A stretch of DNA of 32,000 nt, taken from NCBI GenBank assembly GCA_023898505.1, contig CP060226.1, positions 159,420 through 191,419 on the forward strand, read 5' to 3'. Both the position numbers and the translations under genes were made by a program. Below, piece by piece: positions 31,937 through 32,000 of this stretch. Source of the stretch: Candidatus Peribacteria bacterium. Its GTDB lineage: Bacteria; Patescibacteriota; Gracilibacteria; BD1-5; UBA6164. The stretch's first letter is position 1, and each line of letters begins with the position of its first letter. Below the pieces are notes generated by a model. It searched no databases, had not been told where the DNA came from, and was given only the letters and a program-made list of their open reading frames with translations.

Positions 31937-32000
31937 ACAAATTTAAAAATACAGGTGTTTCAAGTATATTTCTTTTCTTGAAAAGTAAATAGATTTTACA

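Overview
AT-rich bacterial chromosomal segment that only makes sense under genetic code 25 (UGA = Gly), as used by Gracilibacteria/Absconditabacteria-type Patescibacteria (CPR). In-frame TGA codons sit at invariant glycine positions of catalytic motifs (ParA KGGxGKT, DnaB Walker A, ValRS KMSKSxGN). Reading them as Gly fuses the shattered ORF-track pieces into about 28 genes, 23 of which contain at least one UGA, mostly on the minus strand. Housekeeping genes are miaB, gltX, clpP, a polyprenyl synthase plus uppS, secF, a DedA protein, an rRNA m5C methyltransferase, ychF, valS and dnaB. There are two transporters (an ArsB/NhaD-type permease and a CPA1 Na+/H+ antiporter). Three genes are completely invisible in the standard-code track: 194..1720, 22198..23178 and 24435..25331. 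The most interesting region is a 5.4-kb minus-strand block (10762..16209) bracketed by a perfect 31-nt direct repeat of the clpP terminator hairpin. It carries a DUF262-HNH nuclease, a KilA-N protein, a truncated RhuM-like fragment, a frameshifted ABC-ATPase/TOPRIM-like fusion with PARIS/OLD-like architecture, and an EcoRI-family adenine methyltransferase. All of these are themselves recoded with UGA-Gly. Other notable items are a GC-rich palindromic element inserted in-frame into two conserved genes on opposite strands, a nested palindromic element between uppS and the polyprenyl synthase, and a tail-fibre-like repeat surface protein. No rRNA, tRNA, CRISPR array, integrase or transposase was recognised. 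All coordinates and counts come from hand translation and need computational confirmation.
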